Shown: positions 48,389 through 54,679 of the stretch, in pieces | Layout: each line of letters starts with the position of its first letter | How positions within the stretch are numbered: the first letter of the stretch is position 1 | NCBI GenBank assembly: GCA_937890845.1 | Contig: CALADR010000255.1 | Location: 1-54,679 of the forward strand | Source: an uncultured Bacteroidales bacterium | GTDB taxonomy: Bacteria > Bacteroidota > Bacteroidia > Bacteroidales > UBA932 | DNA: 54,679 bases | Direction: 5' to 3' | Made by a program: the position numbers and the translations under genes | The notes under the pieces: model-generated | What the model was told of the DNA's origin: nothing | Seen by the model: the letters and a program-made list of their open reading frames with translations, nothing else | Databases searched by the model: none

Positions 48389-49918
48389 TCTGTTCCGTCT
48401 TTTGTGTTCCTTGAGAGTGTCGCGGATTCTGTCGCTGGCAGCCCAGTCTTTGGCTTCCTTGGCAGCCTTGCGGCTTTCAAGTACCATTCCCATAAGTCCG
48501 TCAATCACTTTTTCCGCCTTTCCGCCTGCCGCTTCCTCATCTACGAGTCCTAAAACTCCGGAAACGATATCGTCAAACAGTCTGAGAAGTGCTGTCAGGT
48601 CGTTTTTGTCAAATGTGCGTTTCTTGTCCTTGGCTGCATTGATGAGTCTCACTGCATCAAACAGCTGGGCTACTGCAACAGGTGTATTGAGGTCATCGCA
48701 GAGTGCTTCATATACTTTTTCGCAGATAGCATTGACTTCGGCAGATGCGCTGTTGCAGACCTCCGGTGCGACATCGGTTATGAATTCGCCGTATGAAAGT
48801 GCTGATGCACTATGGCCGCCTGTCCCTTTTACGTCAGATGATATTCCTGCAGACGCAGCCATTTCCCTCAGGTCTTTTGCTGCCTGCATTATTTTCCTGT
48901 ATCCTTTTTCCGCTGCCTGAAGTGCTTCGTTGCTGAAGTCCAGAGTGCTGCGGTAGTGGGCCTGAAGAATGAAGAAACGGATGGTCATAGGGCTGTATGC
49001 CTGCTCAAGAAGCTTGTGGGTTCCTTCAAACAGTTCCTGTAGGGTGATGAAGTTGCCCAAGGATTTTCCCATCTTCTTTCCGTTGATGGTTATCATATTG
49101 TTGTGCATCCAGTATTTCACTCCTCCTGTGCCTCTTGATGCAGTGTTCTGCGCAAGCTCGCATTCGTGGTGAGGGAACATAAGGTCCATTCCGCCTCCGT
49201 GTATGTCAAACTCTGTTCCCAGGTACTTTTCGCTCATTGCGGAGCATTCCAGATGCCATCCCGGGAAACCTTCGCTCCAAGGAGACGGCCATTTCATTAT
49301 ATGTTCAGGTGAAGCCTTCTTCCACAATGCAAAGTCGTATGGCGCGTGCTTGTCGCTCTGTCCGTCAAGCTCCCTTGTACCCTCCTTTGTCTCGTCAAGA
49401 GTCCTTCCTGAAAGGATACCGTATCTGTGGTCCGCATCGTACTTCCTTACATCAAAATATACGGACCCGTTGCTGATGTAGGCATAGCCTGAGTCAAGGA
49501 TTTTCCTTACAAGGTCTATCTGCTCGATTATATGGCCTGATGCCCTCGGCTCGATTGAAGGCGGTGCTACATTCAGCATCCTCATGGCTTCGTGGTAGCG
49601 TAGCGTGTATGTCTGCACCACTTCCATAGGCTCCAGCTGCTCCAGTCTTGCCTTTTTTGCGATCTTGTCTTCTCCTTCGTCGGCATCGTGCTCAAGATGC
49701 CCTACATCTGTTATGTTCCTGACATAGCGTACTTTATATCCCAAATGTCTGAGAAGGCGTACCAGCACATCGTATGTAACTCCAGGTCTTGCGTGTCCCA
49801 GATGGGCGTCGCCATAGACAGTCGGTCCGCATACGTAAAGTCCCACGTGGTCCTTGTTTATCGGCTCGAAAAGCACTTTCATTCTGGAAAGCGTATCAGT
49901 TATATAAAAATTTCTCAT
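48376..49918 (-). CDS. cysS: Cysteine--tRNA ligase (frameshift near the C-terminus at about 48406)
   Basis: [44 protein letters not shown]; native ending TKDGTEWSL* lies in another frame at 48405-48376; -7 box TAACTTTG 49995-49988. Confidence 0.93.
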
Positions 49919-50103
49919 ATCTGCTGCGTTGAAAATAAGTTTCTTATGTGTGTTTGAGCGCTTTTTTGCACAAAAATCTCAAACATACAAAGTTACGATA
50001 AAAATTGAAAACAAAACCCCTTTCCATATCTTTTTCAAGAAGAGGAAAGGGGCTGGAAATGTCATTCCTGATTTTCAAATGCCTGGCAGGGCCTTATGAG
50101 GCT

Positions 50104-50280
50104 TTATTTGCCAAATGAATATCCGTGAGTTGTCAGCAGGGAGGTTTCAAATCCTGTTCCTTCTCCGATATTGTATTCTATATTTCCCCGGTATCCCTGG
50201 CTATAGTATATACTGCCTCTATCTCGATCTCTTGCTGCCAATACAGTTGCTGCAGATAGCAACAGTGTTACTATTATCAT
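50104..50280 (-). pseudogene. Fragment of a Bacteroidales secreted/outer-membrane protein
   Basis: Signal-like IIVTLLLSAATVLAA, then GYRGNIE...LLTTHGYSFG and an abrupt stop. Confidence 0.45.
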
Positions 50281-50391
50281 TACCTTCGGAAAGTCGCAGG
50301 AAATGTGAGGAAAAATCATTATATTTGCACGATTGTTTTCGGGCGTAAAAACTTGCGCCTTGCAAAGATGCGGAATTAATAACTATAATAT

Positions 50392-50859
50392 ATGAAAGTA
50401 GCAGTCATTATGGGGTCTTCAAGCGACTATGATATTATGTCGCAGGCTATTCAGGTTCTTGAAGAGTTTGGAGTAGAATACGAAAAGAAAGTCATCAGCG
50501 CACACAGGACTCCCGATCTTATGTGTGAATATGCAAAGACGGCAAAGGAACGTGGCATAGGGGCTATTATAGCCGGAGCCGGCGGAGCTGCCCATGTGGC
50601 AGGAGTAGTGGCCGGTATGACGACGGTTCCTGTGATAGGTGTTCCTATCCAGACCAAGGCTCTGGGCGGAATGGATTCGTTGCTTTCGATTGTGCAGATG
50701 CCTGGGGGAATACCGGTGGCGACTATGGCTATAAACGGTGCTAAGAATGCAGGCCTTTTTGCCGTACAGATTCTGGCTCTCAATGATGAGGCTCTGTCGG
50801 AAAAACTTGAAGGCTACAGAAAGTCTCAGACACAGAAAGTGCTTGATACGGTAATATAA
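50392..50859 (+). CDS. purE: N5-CAIR mutase PurE
   Basis: [37 protein letters not shown]; -7 box TATATTTG 50320-50327. Confidence 0.96.
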   Translation: MKVAVIMGSSSDYDIMSQAIQVLEEFGVEYEKKVISAHRTPDLMCEYAKTAKERGIGAIIAGAGGAAHVAGVVAGMTTVPVIGVPIQTKALGGMDSLLSIVQMPGGIPVATMAINGAKNAGLFAVQILALNDEALSEKLEGYRKSQTQKVLDTVI

Positions 50860-51027
50860 AAACAGTCAGTGATGATGTCGGGTGGCGTGGAGCTTGTTAT
50901 TGAAAAGCTTTCATACCACCTTTCGTCTTTAATTATACCTTATCTTTTGCAAGTAGTGTTTATTACTTGCGAAACTTGAGATAGAGATAGAACAATAAGT
51001 CAAAACAATAATATTTGGTAATCGGAT

Positions 51028-54000
51028 ATGAAGAATTATCGTGTTTTCGTAGAGAAGTATCCCGAGTTTCAGGTTGAGGCCAGAAGTCTGATGAATGAGT
51101 TGAATGAAAATCTCAGACTTTCGCTCAAGAGTCTCAGGCTGCTTAATGTCTATGACCTTTTCGGGTTTACACCTGAATTGCTTGAAAAAAGCCGCTACAG
51201 CGTTTTCGGAGAGATTGTTACCGACAAGGTTTCTGATGAGTGTGACCTTGAAGACAAGAAATATATTGCCGTGGAGTACCTTCCGGGGCAGTTTGACCAG
51301 AGAGCCGCTTCTGCTGTGGATTGTGTGAAGCTGATCGAGCCTGATGCAGATGTGCATATAAAGAGTTCAAAGCTTCTCATCCTTGACGATGAGGTCTCTC
51401 AGGAGGATATAGAGAAAATCAGGCATTATTATATCAATGCAGTAGAGTCTCGTCAGAAGGATCTTTCAAAACTTTCCGACACAGAACAGGCTCCGGTAGC
51501 CCCGGTTCCTGTACTTGAAGGACTTTCTGCCCTTAAGGAGGAAGAACTTGCTCCATATTGCAAGAAAATGGGACTTGCCATGAATGCAGACGACCTGAGG
51601 GAAGTCGTGAACTATTTCAGCAAGGAAGGCAGGGATCCGTTTGAGACAGAACTCCGTATTCTCGATACTTACTGGAGTGACCATTGCCGTCACACTACAT
51701 TCACCACTGAACTGGAGGAAATAGGTGTGGAGGAATCATTCATAAAGGAGGAAATTGAAGGTACTCTCAACCTTTATCTGAAGATGCGCAAGGATCTCGG
51801 ACGTGAGAACAAGGGCCTTAACCTTATGGATATGGCCACAATAGGTGCGAGGTATCTGAAGTCAAAAGGCCTTCTTGACGATATGGAGGTTAGTGAGGAG
51901 AACAATGCATGCAGCATATATGTTGATGTTGACGTTGATGGGGAGATTGAAAAATGGCTCCTGCAGTTCAAGAACGAAACTCACAACCATCCTACTGAGA
52001 TTGAACCTTTCGGAGGTGCTGCGACTTGTCTAGGAGGAGCTATCCGTGACCCTCTCTCAGGAAGAAGCTATGTCTATCAGGCAATGAGGGTGACAGGAGC
52101 AGGAGACATTTACCAGAGCGTGGCTGACACTATACCCGGAAAACTGCCGCAGAAGGTGATAAGCCGCAAGGCAGCTGCAGGATATTCGAGCTATGGAAAC
52201 CAGATCGGTCTTGCCACTACCCATGTCCGTGAAATATATCATCCGGGCTATGTTGCAAAGCGTCTTGAGGTAGGTGCTGTTGTCGGAGCTGTGAAGGCGG
52301 AGAATGTGCGTCGTGAAAGTCCGGCTCCTGGAGATGTTGTTCTTCTTCTTGGCGGCAGGACGGGCCGTGACGGAATCGGAGGAGCTACCGGATCTTCTAA
52401 AGAGCATACGGAAGCATCGCTCGAGACTTGTGGAAGCGAGGTTCAGAAAGGTAATGCTCCTGAAGAAAGAAAACTTCAGAGGCTTTTCCGTCGTCCTGAA
52501 GTTACAAGGCTTATCAAGAAATCTAATGACTTCGGAGCAGGCGGTGTGAGTGTAGCCATAGGCGAGCTGACAGACGGCCTTGACATATATTTGGACAGAG
52601 TCCCTGTAAAATACAACGGGCTTAATTCTACTGAAATTGCTATCAGCGAGTCTCAGGAAAGAATGTCAGTTGTAATAGAGGCAGCTGACAGAGAAGAGTT
52701 CGAAACATATTGCCGCAGCGAGAACGTTGAGGTGACACATGTCGCTGACGTCACTGACAGCAGAAGACTCCGTATGTACAACGGCGGAAAACTGGTCGTT
52801 GACCTTTCACGTGAGTTTATCGACAGCGCAGGAGCAAAACATTATGCGAAGGCAGTTGTCGGTGCTGTAGAAGACAAAAATCCTTTCGAAAGGGAGGTAA
52901 AAGGCTCAAATCTTAAGGAAAAGATTTTTGCAGACCTTATGGACAGCAATGTCACTTCACAGAAAGGTCTTATAGAAATGTTTGACTCTACTATCGGACG
53001 TTCTACAGTTCTTATGCCGTTCGGAGGTTGTCTCCAGACTACAGAGACTCAGGTGTCTGTGCAGAAACTTCCTACTGACGGATATACTGATACAGCCAGC
53101 ATAATGGCCTTCGGATACAACCCGTACATCTCTACATGGAGCCCTTATCATGGTGCTGCATATTCTGTTGTAGAGGCTTGTGCAAAGGTGGTTGCTGCCG
53201 GTGCGTCATACAGAAAGATGAGATTTTCATATCAGGAGTATTTCGAGAGAATGACGTCTGACCCTAAGTCTTGGGGCAAGCCGCTCAGCGCCCTTCTCGG
53301 AGCCATAAAGATGCAGGTAGCTCTCGGTCTGCCTTCTATCGGAGGAAAAGACTCTATGAGCGGAACATTCGAGAATATCAATGTGCCGCCTATGCTTATG
53401 GCATTCGGTATCACTACTGTGAAGGCAGGAACGGTAATTTCTCCTGAACTGAAGTGGGAGGGTAACAGACTTTACCTGGTGCGCCATACTCCGCTTGCAG
53501 ACAGAATGCCTGATACAGAGCAGCTCAAGAATAATTTCGATTATGTTACATCACAGATTGAGGCTGGAAATATAGTTGCCGGATATGCAATCGGCTTCGG
53601 AGGTGTAGCGGAAGCTCTCTGCAAAATGTCTTTCGGAAATGCTTTCGGCGTGGATGTAAAAGTATCGGAGGAAGATCTCTTCAACTACAGTTACGGATCC
53701 ATCCTGGTAGAGTCAGAGAAAGAACTTGATTTCCCAGCTGCGGAATATCTTGGAACAGTTACATCCGGCGAGGACGGAATGCTCCATATCAACGGAACAT
53801 CCATCTCCATTTTCGAACTTATGGATATCAACGGAACCAAGTTCTCGAAAGTTTATCCGGATTCTTGCGAGCCGTTCCACAAGGCTGTCATGCCGTCAGG
53901 AATGAACGGAGTAAAGCCTTTCAAAGCAAAGAAAACCGATCTTAAGTATAAGGGTGAGCCTGTTGAAAAGCCGGTAGCATACCTTCCGGTATTCCCTGGA

Positions 54001-54679
54001 ACAAACTGCGACTATGATACAGCAAAGGCTTTCCGCAAGGCTGGTGCAGAAGTTAGAATGAGCGTATTCTGTAATCTTACTCCGGAAGATGTCTTCCGCT
54101 CTATTGCCGAGATGAAGAAAAATATTTCCGAGTGTCATATTCTCGCTCTTTGCGGAGGTTTCTCTGCCGGTGACGAGCCGGACGGCAGCGGAAAATTCAT
54201 TGCAAATGTATTGAACAACAAGGAGATTGCAGCAGAGATACATGCACTTCTCGACAGAGGCGGTCTCATCCTCGGTATCTGCAACGGATTCCAGGCGCTT
54301 GTCAAGTCCGGACTTCTTCCATATGGAAGACTCGGCATGGTTACAAAGGATTCTCCGACATTGTTCCGCAATGACATTAACCGTCATATCTCACAGATGG
54401 TGACAACAAGAGTTGCGACAACCAATTCGCCTTGGCTATCAGGCTTCACCATAGGAGATCTTCATACCATAGCTGTCAGCCACGGAGAAGGAAAATTTGT
54501 TGTAAGCGAAGAATTTGCAAAGGAACTCTTTGCAGAAGGACAGGTTGCATTCCAGTATGTGGATCCTGTTACTGAAGAGGTTACCATGGAGTCTCCATAC
54601 AACCCTAACGGATCATACTATGCCATCGAAGGAATCATCAGCCGCAATGGTCAGATTCTCGGAAAGATGGGACATACGG
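51028..54679 (+). CDS. purL: Phosphoribosylformylglycinamidine synthase (large fused PurL); 3' end runs off the window
   Basis: Not in the ORF track. Manual translation: MKNYRVFVEK...EYLPGQFDQRA...DTYWSDHCRHTTF...NETHNHPTEIEPFGGAATC...FPGTNCD...GGFSAGDEP...LGICNGFQ...GKMGHT. Confidence 0.95.
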   Translation, partial: MKNYRVFVEKYPEFQVEARSLMNELNENLRLSLKSLRLLNVYDLFGFTPELLEKSRYSVFGEIVTDKVSDECDLEDKKYIAVEYLPGQFDQRAASAVDCVKLIEPDADVHIKSSKLLILDDEVSQEDIEKIRHYYINAVESRQKDLSKLSDTEQAPVAPVPVLEGLSALKEEELAPYCKKMGLAMNADDLREVVNYFSKEGRDPFETELRILDTYWSDHCRHTTFTTELEEIGVEESFIKEEIEGTLNLYLKMRKDLGRENKGLNLMDMATIGARYLKSKGLLDDMEVSEENNACSIYVDVDVDGEIEKWLLQFKNETHNHPTEIEPFGGAATCLGGAIRDPLSGRSYVYQAMRVTGAGDIYQSVADTIPGKLPQKVISRKAAAGYSSYGNQIGLATTHVREIYHPGYVAKRLEVGAVVGAVKAENVRRESPAPGDVVLLLGGRTGRDGIGGATGSSKEHTEASLETCGSEVQKGNAPEERKLQRLFRRPEVTRLIKKSNDFGAGGVSVAIGELTDGLDIYLDRVPVKYNGLNSTEIAISESQERMSVVIEAADREEFETYCRSENVEVTHVADVTDSRRLRMYNGGKLVVDLSREFIDSAGAKHYAKAVVGAVEDKNPFEREVKGSNLKEKIFADLMDSNVTSQKGLIEMFDSTIGRSTVLMPFGGCLQTTETQVSVQKLPTDGYTDTASIMAFGYNPYISTWSPYHGAAYSVVEACAKVVAAGASYRKMRFSYQEYFERMTSDPKSWGKPLSALLGAIKMQVALGLPSIGGKDSMSGTFENINVPPMLMAFGITTVKAGTVISPELKWEGNRLYLVRHTPLADRMPDTEQLKNNFDYVTSQIEAGNIVAGYAIGFGGVAEALCKMSFGNAFGVDVKVSEEDLFNYSYGSILVESEKELDFPAAEYLGTVTSGEDGMLHINGTSISIFELMDINGTKFSKVYPDSCEPFHKAVMPSGMNGVKPFKAKKTDLKYKGEPVEKPVAYLPVFPGTNCDYDTAKAFRKAGAEVRMSVFCNLTPEDVFRSIAEMKKNISECHILALCGGFSAGDEPDGSGKFIANVLNNKEIAAEIHALLDRGGLILGICNGFQALVKSGLLPYGRLGMVTKDSPTLFRNDINRHISQMVTTRVATTNSPWLSGFTIGDLHTIAVSHGEGKFVVSEEFAKELFAEGQVAFQYVDPVTEEVTMESPYNPNGSYYAIEGIISRNGQILGKMGHT

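Noticed and set aside
47627..49918. 763-aa CysS-Xth fusion ORF as a novel bifunctional enzyme
   Set aside because: The native CysS C-terminus with stop and a separate xth ATG are both visible; a frameshift explains the fusion better.
50881..50920. Imperfect hairpin between purE and purL as a purine/ZTP riboswitch
   Set aside because: No recognisable aptamer consensus; more simply a weak terminator or stability hairpin.

Overview
This is a Bacteroidales (Bacteroidota) chromosomal segment, judged from TAnnTTTG promoter boxes, a moxR-bat operon and type V pilins. Most of it is housekeeping: an SLC13 permease, ftsY, pheT, dtd, deoC, hpf, xerC, a CCA-adding enzyme, aroK, a topoisomerase IV/gyrase A-type gene, era, rluB, tonB-exbD-exbB, truA, moxR-DUF58-batABCD(E), a PfkB kinase, two lysO-like genes, xth, cysS, purE, purL, tRNA-Leu(CAG) and tRNA-Arg(TCT). 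Two accessory modules stand out. The first (9.5-15.4 kb) is a type V pilus cluster headed by a HExxH lipoprotein. The second (44.5-47.6 kb) is a candidate RiPP/peptide cassette: a C39 leader-peptidase domain, the hidden 3' tail of a lost gene, an outer-membrane beta-barrel and a double-glycine-leader peptide missing from the ORF track. That peptide's 56-aa core has a six-residue xxNxxC periodicity, and a perfect 52-bp palindrome closes the cassette. Several genes, including essential ftsY and cysS, carry short deletions or frameshifts. The sequence therefore probably contains assembly errors, and both the apparent pseudogenes and the apparent CysS-Xth fusion should be treated with caution. All family calls come from motif recognition, not database searches.
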